A DNA stretch of 64,000 nucleotides, taken from NCBI GenBank assembly GCA_010015585.1, contig ML975152.1. One strand, given 5' to 3'. Shown here piece after piece: positions 48,808-60,674 of the stretch; position 1 is the first letter of the stretch; every line of letters starts with the position of its first letter. A model generated the notes under the pieces. That model had not been told where the DNA came from and did not search any database. It saw only the letters and a program-made list of their open reading frames with translations. This DNA is from Eremomyces bilateralis CBS 781.70. Taxonomy: Eukaryota. The position numbers and the translations under genes are program-made.

Positions 48808-49842
48808 GGTGCATGTCACACAAGGAATATATCACAGTTTTCGAATGCTGAGTGTTCCGGGGAATTGTAAACTACAGAGCATATGCTCTGGATCTTCTCT
48901 GGATAGCTGGTGGAGGGGTATCTCCACGGATGAGGATTGGGATATCAGGCGCGATTTGGCAGATAATGAGTGTATGGGTGTGTATCGATCGAACGAGAAG
49001 CAGACATCAAGTCGAGACCCATACAGCCATAGGATAGAGAAGTGAGAGGACCATCAACATGAATATGAAATTGGATGATTGTGTATCTGTCTGGAGTGCT
49101 ACGGGATTCTGACGCTGCATGTTGTGGTGACCATGATGTGTGGGGTGAGTTTCGGCGGACGATTAAAGCCAGAGACGTCAGTATTATCGATAACAACAAT
49201 GCCTGGAGCTCACACGTGACACGACTCAGGGATGGAATCATGGAAGTTGGAAACTTGGAATCATGCTGTGCTGACGACTGACAGCTGTAGTGGACAGTGG
49301 AATGACTGGAAGCACGAGATCCTGCGCCCAGCCATGACATACAACGTTTCATAGTACATACGAAATGGAAGCTGATGAAGTTGTGCAAAGAGAAGCATCT
49401 GGAGCTCCTTGAGTTAGATACTTTACAAAGCCAGATTCGGGGAGAAGCTCGTTGTGGATGAAACTGTTTAAGTTCCAATTCAGGGAGGAATCACGTCATC
49501 TGAAATGGCAAACACGACTGGTTTCACATATGCAAAAGGTCAAGAGAATAGGTTGTAAAGAGGGCACGCTTTAGGTATCGAGAGATGTTCGCAAGAGCAT
49601 GCAACTGATTAGATACAGAGTGATAGAATTATTAATCCCTTCCATTCCTTGACGACCAAATCGGTCGTCCCATCCTTTCCGGGTCGCTGCAAAAGGTATG
49701 TATTTGGCATTATAACTTTCGCTTCCTCCACTGAATGTCGGTCCTCTGGAGGTCGGTCCGTTCCACCTGGGCTGTGGTATTGGTTGAGGAAGCCCAGGTT
49801 ATTTCCACGATCGAATTTCCGTTCCGAATGCGTTCAGGTCGC

Positions 49843-50067
49843 TCACAAGACAGCAACGACAGCGGCAGCAACGACGGCGAAGTCGATGAGGGGGAGGGCG
49901 GCGGCACCGGTTGACGTGGGAGGCTTAGTCGGGTTGGGAGGAGTGGGAGTCGGAGCGGTGCCGTTGCCACCAGCGCCGCCCGATGGGGAGGTGCCGTTGC
50001 CCGCAGCCATGGCCGGGGACAGAAGGGCGAGAAGGAAAGTAACTTGAGCGAGTGACGTGAACTGCAT
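49843..50067 (-). CDS. 74-aa GPI-anchored micro-glycoprotein
   Basis: Signal peptide, short G/P/T core with two NGT sequons, STGAA omega region and hydrophobic tail ending at the stop. Confidence 0.82.
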   Translation of the reverse strand: MQFTSLAQVTFLLALLSPAMAAGNGTSPSGGAGGNGTAPTPTPPNPTKPPTSTGAAALPLIDFAVVAAAVVAVL

Positions 50068-52315
50068 TTTGGCGATGTATATGAATCTATCAAAGATTGT
50101 GATGGATTGTTGGATTATGAAGTGCGTTGGAAAAGATCACAAAAAGATGGCCGTGGGGAATGCGGAGACTGAGGATATTTAAACCTCCTGTCGCAAGTCG
50201 CCCCCCGAGGACCCATCAACAAATACGACCAACCATTGAAATGATCCTGCAACCGCGGAGCGCAGGCTGCCCCAAGGGAACGCAAGGGCCAAGGCGTACC
50301 CATCCTTGACCAAAGATAAGCAGTGTTTGCAGCGGTGGTGGGCAAAAATGTTGGCACACATGCAAATGCCCCCTGGCTGGGGAACGGGGGCGAGGCAAAA
50401 GCGGTACAGCCCCCGGACGAGGCAACCTGAATTATTGGTGGGTATCAGGGGCTACCAATATGCAAACGTGCAAGGTCGTATTCGAATCCTGACTGCGCTA
50501 ACCCCCAGACCGAATCCAATAAAAGCGGCAGTGCCTTTGTTGTCGAGTAATATTGCATCATTTCGTACGCTTGTCATGGGAGAGACATACTGCTCAGCAC
50601 CCTACTGTCCCTACCTCAACACCCTACCGAACTGGTAGCGGGACGAGTCACTGTCGTGATTTGTGACTCGGAAATCCCATCAATTTTCCCGGATGTTTCT
50701 TCGGATTTGGCAGACAATCCACGACACGACTCTAAGAAAAAGGAAAAGGAGGTGATTTCTCTCCTGATTTGCGATGAAATGAGGTTGTCTATCCGTGAAT
50801 TAAAATGTTTGAAGCTTGTTGGGATGTCATGGGCATAAAGTACCAGAGTCGTCCGAGCCCCTAGGCGATTCCTTTTGACAAGGTCAGTTTATTACCCATC
50901 ATTGATCATTGTTCTCCGACCTCTGGACTTCGCCGCCTCCGCCAGCCGGTAGAGTGGGGAACGATATTCGGCATATGCGGACAAGGGAGCCCCTGCTTGC
51001 ACGGCCTTTGTTGATCTTTTGTTGAGCTGGTTGCCGCGTTCATAATATCCAGGAGGCAGGAGGAGCATCAAGGCGGTTGGTCGGTTGCAACGGGCTGCAA
51101 GGAATGGCGTCCAGAAAGCCATAAAGCGACATTCCTGTGTCTTGCTTGCCAATCAACGGAACCGAACAATTGGGTGTGTGTGCCGTGGCACGGTTGCTGT
51201 GGGAAGAATCCAGAAAGTGTTTATTTTCTTGGTACTTGGATTGCGGCGATTCGACCATATCAGGGGTGGTTGGGTAAGGTTGGTCGTTTGCGACCTCGGT
51301 TGGAATGATGATAGATGGCAGACGGCTTGAGCCCCTTGAGGCAGCACAGATGCACACAGAATCATCCCATCCAACAACCATGAGTGCTTTCGGCCGTGAG
51401 TGTCTTTGACTCTTGACAACTTGGGTTCCTTGACATCTAACACCGCAACACGAAACCGAGTGGAGCTTCTAAGGTTGGGGACAATGAAGAGACATGGAGT
51501 GAAACCCGAATATTCCCATAACGGAATTCAATGTCCGATGTCGTATTGAGCCCCCCGTTGAGGGCATGAGCCATCAAGAGTCGTGTTGCCAGTTGCCACA
51601 GCCTGTAGGAGGATTCAGGAACCCCTTTCACTCACAAGCTGTTACCGCCGACAGAAAATCCGAAAATCGGCATCGCCCTGGCCGACGCACAGCTCAAGCT
51701 GTCAACCCTCCAACTTCAGGTCCTTGTCTTGACGGACCGATAGGTGCTTCAGACTCCATAGAATGGGGCGATCCGCTTCCCCAACAAAGAGCACCGCGGG
51801 TTGATCGACTTTCTGGAAGGTCCTTCCTAATTCACGGAAATCGTGATGCTTCAATTTTATTAAGTCCAAGGAGCCGCTCAGATTGTCGGTTTCACGGGAC
51901 CGTTCGGAGTAGGTTCTATTCAGCATTTACCCAGACAGGCCTCCCAGCTATTAGGTATCATGATATTAATAATATGACCCTTTGACTTGTCGATCGCATC
52001 TCAGTCGCCAGCAGGAGCTCGCATCTCGTGCTGGCTGCCTGGCTCAGGGTCTGCAACGCTGCACCGAAATACCATACCTGATACCTTCATTAGATAGTAT
52101 CTATTCTTGTCTCGCTATGTTGGCGAGTTTAGCCAAAACTCCATGAAAACGTGGCTGTGACAGCAATTTCTGCGCTATGTCGTCATCACAATGGAGGATT
52201 ACGCATATCGCGGGGTCGTGTGACTTCGAGACGATGAAGGATGTGAACAATCTCCCAAGGTCCTGAGCCTGCCCTGAGTATCTATTGTCCAACCTTTGGG
52301 GGGCCCAACGTACAG

Positions 52316-52417
52316 CCCTTAGAGGCGAGGTACGGAAAAGTTAAGACTCTCTCAACTGTCCAGCATTGGGGAGTAACACTTCAACCCTAAGAGGCGAGGT
52401 ACGTAAGGGTAAGACTC
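52316..52417. repeat. Pair of imperfect ~33-bp direct repeats
   Basis: CCCTTAGAGGCGAGGTACGGAAAAGTTAAGACTC (52316-52349) and CCCTAAGAGGCGAGGTACGTAAGGGTAAGACTC (52385-52417). Confidence 0.85.
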
Positions 52418-53409
52418 AGCCTTCAGCCTTCACCCTTCTATGAAGAGAATCCAATCGAACACCTTGGGATTGAAGAACTATGACCTTAATCTCCATGATT
52501 CGGCGGAGGAATAGCGAGCAATTCGATTTTCAACTGGAAGCTCTCGCTCCTAACCCCCAAGATCACGATGTCTTGTCGACTCGGTATAGTAAGTAATCAA
52601 TAAGCGATACACAACGGTACTCAACACTTCACTGCATCCCTCTGTCGCAACTTTCTTCATCAACAATCCAGACAGTATCCAAAGAAGCATATAAGATTGT
52701 CTGAGTATGCAGCGTATGTCCAAAGTAGATTTTGGCGGAAAAATGAAAACTTTCGAGATCACAGTCCCTCCTTAGTTCTCACTGACCCCACTGGTTTGAG
52801 CATATAGTACCAACCTTCTACAGAATGCTCGAAATAGCTACAGAACCTCCAATTGGCTAAGGTGTAAGCTTAGCTTTAGTAGAGTATTCGGAGAATAAAT
52901 GCATATCTAGATCCGAACTCCCTGTTCCGAGCATAGCCACGACTCCGGATCTCCAGCCGCTTACTATTTTGCTCAGCTTCTACGATCAAGAATGGCCGAT
53001 GAGCACACGTGAGGACTTCGGGAGGTTCTGGAAATAGCTCTTGCTGCTTTGCCTTATGATCCTCCACCAGCTCAACGTCACATAGTGTTCAATCGAAGTT
53101 ATTTTTGTTGCCAAAGTCCAGGTGGACGTCTACGTTCGCCACGGTCAGGTCAGCGCAATGTCAGATTCACGATGCTGAAGATAGCCTTGATCAAAATAGC
53201 AACATCCTTTCCGGAGGTAGGAAAGGCTAGATGCCATCAATTCTTGCCTATAAAGATGCGGAATCTCTGTCTCTAGAAGCATTTATCGGATCATCATCAG
53301 CACTCAGTTCACTCGCCAGCACATCTCAATCAAGCAAAACGTCCATATCAACTTCCAAATCTTACCATATTCGGGTCATTTCAGAGTCCTCAGTCATCCA
53401 CATATCAAA

Positions 53410-53961
53410 ATGAAGACTTCCTTTGTTGCCTCTATCCTCGCTGCGGCCTCAACGGCCCTGGCAGCCCCCGCAACTCTCGTCCCTAAGGCCACTGGACAAC
53501 TTTCCCCCTCCAGCACCGCCCAATTTGAAGTCTCTACCGGCGCTCGCACCGCTTCCGCCCTTGGCTTGGTCTTCAAGGACGGCCGCAGCTCCGACATCAC
53601 CACCCTCTCTACCTTCAACTTCGACAGCTCCTTCCAGGGAAAGACCTGCGAGTTTGGCTTCAAAACCGACGAGTTCGGCATCGCCAACGACAGCAAGTTG
53701 TTCGATCTCTTCTCGTCCTTAGCCCCCGCGGGCCCCGACACCACCACGTGGCCGGACGGCAACCTGCGCGATCAGCAGCGAGGCCGCTTCTTCGTTCCGG
53801 GACCGGCGCAGGAGGCCCAGTTCCAGGAAGGCTTCGGCGCGGCGCGATCGTTCCCTTGCCCTGTGGACCAAAAGCTGGGTGTCGAGCAGGTCGGTGTTTT
53901 CGATGCTGACCGTATCGAATGGAACACCGCGACCGGCGGTCTTTTCGTCAGGTACTACTAG
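53410..53961 (+). CDS. Small secreted protein, possibly But2-like fold
   Basis: Signal peptide, biased codon usage, TTLSTF..GKTC..F, GNLRDQ and FPCP. TATAAA at about 53248. The family call is from memory only. Confidence 0.75.
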   Translation: MKTSFVASILAAASTALAAPATLVPKATGQLSPSSTAQFEVSTGARTASALGLVFKDGRSSDITTLSTFNFDSSFQGKTCEFGFKTDEFGIANDSKLFDLFSSLAPAGPDTTTWPDGNLRDQQRGRFFVPGPAQEAQFQEGFGAARSFPCPVDQKLGVEQVGVFDADRIEWNTATGGLFVRYY

Positions 53962-54178
53962 ACTTCGAGGAAGGTGGCTTATGGGGTAAGGTCGCTCTTG
54001 AGCGATGGGGTAGAATGAAATTGCGGTGTTGTGGGGTTTACATTTAGAGAAGACATTGCATAGCGACGGATAGGACACTCCCTGAGCATCGGAATTGGTT
54101 TATTGAGGACTCTCTTACTTTTATAATAATCTCTATCGAGCAATCAATCCCTAAATTTCCAACATCTTTGTCTCCAGA

Positions 54179-54892
54179 TCATGCCATGCGTCGTGTCATA
54201 GCCGCATTAATGCGCATGATCCTCTCTCGGGCCCCCGGGATGGGGTCAAGAAATGATTCCTCTGCAGTGGTCGGACGAGCAGGAGCTCTGTTCTCAAGGA
54301 CTGTTCGAAGGTTCTCCTTCCAGCGACGTTCTCGTGTTTGTGTTATATTTCGCACATGCAACATCTCGTCGACGACTTCTCCCATCGTAGTTGCACCGGA
54401 GCAATAGAAGGATACTGATGCGCTTTCGGTAGGGGTGAATGATAGCCGAAAGCCTCGCTCGTCCTGAATAGGCAACATTCGCCGCCAGGTTGCGGTTGTT
54501 GGAGAAGAGTCCGACATCGCTTGAAGTCGTTGGAATTCAGCCGGGGTGATAGTGAGACTCGGGATTTTATACCAGGAAATGCTGACGCTGAAGAACCTCG
54601 GAGTCAATAAAGGATTGGGTATGGCGCTCTCATTGGTAAGGGTTGCTAAGACTCGGGACTTTGGCGTTCTCAAGCGTACGGAGGGTGAGCTGGTGTTTGG
54701 TACACTTGCCAACGTTCGAAGAAACAGATGAGATTGCAGATAAGGAGATGCATCGATTACAGCTTTCCATAGGGGAGAAACCAGCTGATAGCGGATGAGA
54801 TCATGGGGAGGAAGATGAATGAGGATTAGCTCTACCAGCTCAAAAATCTGAGCGAGGTATTGCGAACGCGTAGTGATTGATGAAGACGCCAT
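54179..54892 (-). CDS. F-box domain protein
   Basis: IFELVELILIHLPPHDLIRYQLVSPLWKAVIDASPYLQSHLFL, with downstream NPLL and TWRRM motifs typical of expanded fungal F-box families. Confidence 0.85.
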   Translation of the reverse strand: MASSSITTRSQYLAQIFELVELILIHLPPHDLIRYQLVSPLWKAVIDASPYLQSHLFLRTLASVPNTSSPSVRLRTPKSRVLATLTNESAIPNPLLTPRFFSVSISWYKIPSLTITPAEFQRLQAMSDSSPTTATWRRMLPIQDERGFRLSFTPTESASVSFYCSGATTMGEVVDEMLHVRNITQTRERRWKENLRTVLENRAPARPTTAEESFLDPIPGARERIMRINAAMTRRMA

Positions 54893-55908
54893 TGCGATTG
54901 CAATACTCTCACCCCTCTCGCAGGTTGGAGGAAGTCGAGTTCATATTGAAGTATTTGAGTGCTGCCTTGAGCAATACGGAGCATGAGGGTACGTAAGCTC
55001 AGAATTCCGTGTGACGCGACGATGTAGGCTGTTGATTCAGGATACGATACGAAAGGTAGCTAGAAACTCAGGCAGGACTGACTTCATTGTTGCTTATGGC
55101 AGAGATGATAGAATCACCGGAATATTGACATCCAGGGCGGACAGAAGTAGGTATCAGCTGCATCGTCGGGACCCTCACCCTGAACATACAACAAGACTGT
55201 CTGGGCCTTTTCCACCTACCATCCACCACGAATCAGGGGAGAGAATCCAACCCGAAATAGAAGACAATTCGTAATAAGGTGTACAGCAAAGATGTGCGAA
55301 CTGTGAAGTCGACAGAGTGCGGAATACGGAATACGGAGATATTAATACTACCACAGCTTCATCCAGTGTTCCACTCTGATGATCAGTCATGGTGAGATGG
55401 ACAGCTGAATGCTGATTGCGTGTGTATTGGAAGTGGGGAAACTTGGGCTCTCCAATTTTCCTAGTAGCAAGCTTATCCGCAACCGTCAACGACACATTTA
55501 TGATTACTGATTTACATTCGAGTAATTAGCATGAAGACTGAAGGCACATTAGTGATTCGCTGCTCGGCCATCCGTTCGCCTTCACTCTGTCGTCCTCTTC
55601 ACGGCTACTGGTCACACGTGCACTGATCACTGTGGGTGGGACAGAAAATGATGCCCCCTCAGTCCCTCGGCTGGGGTCGTTTCACAAGGACAATAGTCAA
55701 GCGAATGAACGGACAATTCCCGGCCCGGAAGCTGGAAGCTCGACCTGCCGACATAATGAGGAGACGAGCGCTCTCGGGTTCTGCATTTGAGAACTCCATG
55801 AGGCATGAATGCTTCACATGATTCTAGTTATCTGAACGCCTTATAATAGGTTGCTTGTCCCTCTCGTTACTACTAACAGGTGATTCTAGGATCCCGAATA
55901 CCGCCAAG

Positions 55909-57694
55909 ATGACCACTTACACCTCCTTGGAGGACTTCGACACGGCGTACAAGACCGTTAATGCGACCTTCAAGTCGGGCACGACCAAAGATCTCAAATG
56001 GAGGAAATGGCAGCTGAAGCAACTCTGGTGGCTGATGGAGGATAACGAGAAGCGAATCCTCGCCGCTCTGAAGAAGGATCTCAACCGAAATGACTTCGAG
56101 AGCATCTTCACCGACGTCGTTGGCGTGAAGACCGACATCCTCCACCACATCTCGAGCCTGGAGAAATGGACCGCCGACCAACCCATCGATGCCGGTTTCA
56201 TCTTCGGCACGCTGGGCAAATCCAAGATCCGACGCGAACCTCTGGGCGTGACCCTCATTATCGGCGCTTGGAACTTCCCCATCATGCTCACTCTCCAACC
56301 GGTGATCGCTGCTATCGCCGCCGGCTGCGCCATCGTGATCAAACCCTCCGAACTAGCCGTGGCAACGCAAGACCTTCTCATGGAGCTCATCCCTCGCTAC
56401 ATGGACCCGTCCGCCATCGTGGCCGTTTCGGCTGGACCGGCGGAAATGGGGCCGATCCTCGACCGAAAGTATGATCACATCTTCTATACAGGAGGGTCCA
56501 AGGTGGCGCGGATCATCGCTGCGGCTGCCGCGAAGCACTTGACTCCCACCGTGTTGGAGCTCGGCGGTCAAGGCCCTGCAATCGTGACGAAGTCGGCGAA
56601 TGTGGACCTTGCCGCGAAGAAAATCGCCTGGGCGAAGTATCTCAACGCCGGGCAGATCTGTCTTTCGGTGAACCATGTCTTCGCCGATCCCGCGATTGCG
56701 GACGAGCTGGTCGAGAGACTTTCACATTGGTTCGATGTCTGTCAGAACGGTGGATCGAAACCGACTGCCGCGGCGAGCAACATGGTCACCATCATCAACG
56801 AGCGCAACTTCGACCGTCTCGCTGGGTTGCTCTCCCAAACCGAGGGAAAGACCACCTACGGCGGAGATCTGGACCGAGCTACGAAAAAGTTTTCCCCGAC
56901 TGTTGTCGCGAACGTTACCCTTGACGATTCACTGATGTCAGAGGAGCTCTTTGGTCCCATTTGCCCGATTATTAAAGCGGATTATAAGCAGGCCATCAAA
57001 AACATTGGAGAGTGAGTTGTTCATCTGGAGACCATATCGAATTTGTACTGACGGCGGCAGTCTGCCTCACCCGCTTGCCATTTATATCTTCAGCTCCAAG
57101 CAGTCGGAAATTGATGAGAGTCAGTCAGCCCCTCCGTGTAGCCATTTCAGCGATGCTAACCCGAACGTGCAGTCTTGGGCGGTACGAACTCCGGAGGCTG
57201 TAGCATCAATGACGTGATCATCCACGCTGGGACCCCCAATGCGCCATTCGGAGGTGTAGGCGAATCTGGGCATGGTTACTACCACGGAACCTACGGCATC
57301 GACGCCTTCTCCCACATCCGTACCGTGGTCGAACCGCCGAGCTTCCTCCACAAGATCACCGGGTTCCTTTACCCGCCGTTCGACGTAAAACACGCAAGCA
57401 AGATCGCAGTAAAGAATAAGTTGGGTTTCAAGCGTGGCGAGACGCTTCAGGATCAGAAGATCAAGGTTGGTTTCCTCTGGCGACTTCAACAGCTCATCCC
57501 TTTCGCGGGCTGACCCCTGTTTCTTTTGTTTCGTAAAGTCGGCTTCCTCGGCGGGAACCAAATCGCGGGCAGGTCAAACCTTGAAGTTGTTGGCTCTGTT
57601 GACTATTGTCGCTGCTGTTGATGCCAGAACGGGCGGTAGGCTTGCTGTTGCGGAGACTCTGCGGAAGGTTGCTGCGAGGGTCTTGCAACAGTGA
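55909..57694 (+). CDS. Aldehyde dehydrogenase, ALDH3/Hfd1-like, with C-terminal membrane anchor
   Basis: IGAWNFP, KPSE, FYTGG, LELGG, catalytic AGQIC, EELFGP and PFGGVGESG. Introns 57012-57060, 57120-57172 and 57466-57538. Confidence 0.95.
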
Positions 57695-58112
57695 GGTAAG
57701 TTCAGCCTGATCGCCCAGTGTACCATGTTGTCTCGCAACTCTTGTTTTTAGCTTGAGAAGGAAAGGGGGAAATGCTAATTTGCTATTTGGCTGCATCGGC
57801 TTGTATTTCGGCTTGTATATCTGCGCCATCCTATTGTATTTACGGCCATTGTGAACCCGATCACGTGATATCGCATTGGGTAACCCCTAAATTCATCACA
57901 GCGATGTGTCCTACACTTGGCGCTGTTGGCTGTTGGACATCGACATGTTTGATGTGGCGATTTCAAACAAACCTACCAGTACCCTGAAAGCACTCCACTC
58001 ATATGATAATTACCGGCACCAGTGTTGTGATCATCCACAAACGCTGCCAACTCTGCCTCATACTGGTACATCGTCCTGCTATTTATAGGTTTCTCACCAA
58101 TACTCCGTAGTC

Positions 58113-58907
58113 ATGGCGAAGCTCAAGCTGGCCGAGGAAAGGGAGATCAACATCCTCGCATTCGGGAATTCGCTGACAGAAGGGTAAGCAAACCACAGCG
58201 AGTCTTAATACCCTTTTTCATATTTCAAACTAAGTATATAATTTAGGTACACTGATTGGGGCATGACTCTCCATCCCTATGCCATCGAACTTCGCAAGAC
58301 CCTGTCGGCAGAATATCCCAATCGCAATGTCACGGTTGACGTGAATGGGCAAAGCGGCGACTTCGTCATTTCTTCCTTTGGTGGCAACTTCTTCACGCGA
58401 CTCCAGAGCTCCTATGAGAAGCTGGCTGAGAAAGGCAAATCCTATGATCTCGTCATCGCGTTGGGCGGAACCAATGACCTGGCCATGGCGTCCTACGATG
58501 AGAAGGGACCGGAGAAAATATTCGCGGCCCTGAAGCTGTGCTATGACTATATTCTACAGGGAGGTTCATCATTGCTTGTCTTGACAGTCCCGGAACGATC
58601 CTTGGACACGGAGAAGGATGGGAAGTTCAAGCATATGATAAGTAGCCGGCTACGACTAAACGAACTGCTCAAAGAATATGTCACATCGCAAGCTTCTGCC
58701 TCTCCGTCCAAGGTGTTCATGATGGATCTTGCAGCAATGGTCCCTTTCCCTGTCGTTGCGAAAGACGATGATAACTTCACCTGGGACTACCAACTTTGGT
58801 CTCCTGACGGACTTCATATGTCGACTCTCGGCTACAACTTTGTGGGGGGAGAACTGGGATCCCTTATCCAGCAATTACTCAGTGAAGAGAAACCTGAAGA
58901 AGAGTAG
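58113..58907 (+). CDS. SGNH/GDSL hydrolase
   Basis: Block I AFGNSLTEG|Y (intron 58184-58246), block II GQSG, block III LGGTND, block V DGLH. Confidence 0.9.
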
Positions 58908-59197
58908 AGTAGATAATTGGACCTGGAGTGTCGACGGCGTTGAATTCCATTGCGGACAAGAGCAACTGCCATTCTCATCGGCTTGGTGCTTCCCGGTACT
59001 GTCATCGTCGGACAAATGACATGTCGAAAGCACCTTCCTCCAATATCTCATCCTGGCTTATTATACTGGTAGAGTTGACGACTGTGTATGAATTTCCTTT
59101 CTCCCAGATGACGTTCCCAAACCAAAACTTTGTCCGGACAGGATGGTCTCTAGGGATTATCATTCGATCCTCGGTTTCTTCGCTCAAAATCCTTATC

Positions 59198-59812
59198 ATG
59201 AAAATACATTTCCTACTTGCTCTTATTGCAGCCCTCGGATGTGATGGCCGAAGACCTGACACGGAGACACACATACGGCCAGATTTATTCGAAGCCGGAG
59301 ACTCGTCAGATCGGAGGGTTGTCTTTCGCACTCGTGACACATCGGGTCAACGCAGTTCACATCTCATGCCGAAATCAAGCCCCGACAACAGTCTTGAAGG
59401 ATCCCCTACGCTTGAAGAAATCACCGACCATCTCATTTTCGACACTAGCCTCATGGCGTTTCTCCGGGCACGCCGGCATCAAGAACCCGCAGAATTGGTC
59501 TGGACCTCCGATGGCTGCAGCGGTGTTCCTAACTGGATACAAAACAAACCAGGCTTCCCCTTCGTCCCGGCATGTCTGCGACATGACTTTGGGTATCGCA
59601 ACTACATGGATCAAGACCGGTTGACGCTTGAATTGGTCCACGCGATCGCCGAGAAGTTCGAAGAGGATCTAATGGCGTTGTGCGGGTGGCAACACAGCAT
59701 GGCCATTCGGACTTGCACGATGATTGTGAAGCGAATGGTTCCGATTGCGCGGCATCATTCCGAGTATGTGAGTGATCCGTTGCGGTTTTGCTCGGGACCT
59801 CTCGGATTCTAG
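59198..59812 (+). CDS. Secreted microbial-type (group XIV) phospholipase A2-like protein
   Basis: Signal peptide from ATG 59198; WTSDGCS and GFPFVPACLRHDFGYRNY. The 3' end may be spliced (gtatgt/gtgagt near 59764). Confidence 0.85.
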   Translation: MKIHFLLALIAALGCDGRRPDTETHIRPDLFEAGDSSDRRVVFRTRDTSGQRSSHLMPKSSPDNSLEGSPTLEEITDHLIFDTSLMAFLRARRHQEPAELVWTSDGCSGVPNWIQNKPGFPFVPACLRHDFGYRNYMDQDRLTLELVHAIAEKFEEDLMALCGWQHSMAIRTCTMIVKRMVPIARHHSEYVSDPLRFCSGPLGF

Positions 59813-60674
59813 CGTTTCTCACAGGATGTCCTCCCAGATGGCCGCCCCAGTTTCGGGCGTCGGATTAAGCAGGACATCGCTGACTTTCTGATTGGAGACG
59901 GGTGACGGACAAAATGGGGGATATTTGTGCGGAGTAGGGACGGGATAAGAGGCATTTGGGTTATTGGAATCGCTGAGTAACTGTAGCACAATTGGAATCG
60001 ATGGGTACCCTTCTGTAGGATCAATAGTACCTATTCTTCCAATGAAACTTCACATACTTGGCCTGGACATTTCTCGAAGCCAAATCCGTCCATCCTATCC
60101 CATCGTTTGATGGGCTCTAGCCATTCCAACCGGCCAAGTTATCTTAGGACCTAGGTGCCATTGCTTCGTAGTAATAGACATAGCGGCGATGTTCCATGCC
60201 CAACCTTTTGCGTCTCATCTCTCTTGGCGGATGGTAATGCAAGTCGACAAAGGGAATTCTGATAGGTCAGCGTGAATGATGTTTGTTCAACGTTGAGATT
60301 TCTCTATAGAGAATAAATCCTTGTAATTATAACCATTTTATAGATGTCGATTACCCTCATTCTCAATGTAATTCACTTCAAGTTGTTGAAGAACAGAAAC
60401 GTGGAGTGATAAACAAACATAAAGTCAAAGGCTGGTTTGTGCCTGAGGCAAAAACGTCCTTTCAATCTCACGCTGACGGAGCCAACATGAAGCTTGAGCA
60501 AGTTGAGCTCCAGTTCATTCAACGCAGTGAATGTTTAGCATTTTAATGTGCTTCACTCCAAGATCTTAGCAGAGCATTATGACCTGACCTTGCTAGAGAT
60601 ATATATCTGGACCTCTGCGGTCACATCAGCGATAACCTCCTTTCGTTTCATTCTGAGCCACTGTCCCATCAGCC

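Noticed and set aside
50470..50500. TTCGAATCC, resembling a tRNA T-loop
   Set aside because: No T-stem pairing or cloverleaf.
52316..52417. CRISPR-like repeat-spacer-repeat
   Set aside because: Only two imperfect copies, eukaryotic context and no cas genes.
53410..53961. Counting the But2-like gene as part of the NEDD8 neighbourhood
   Set aside because: It has a clear signal peptide, so a cytosolic neddylation role is unlikely, and the family call is uncertain.
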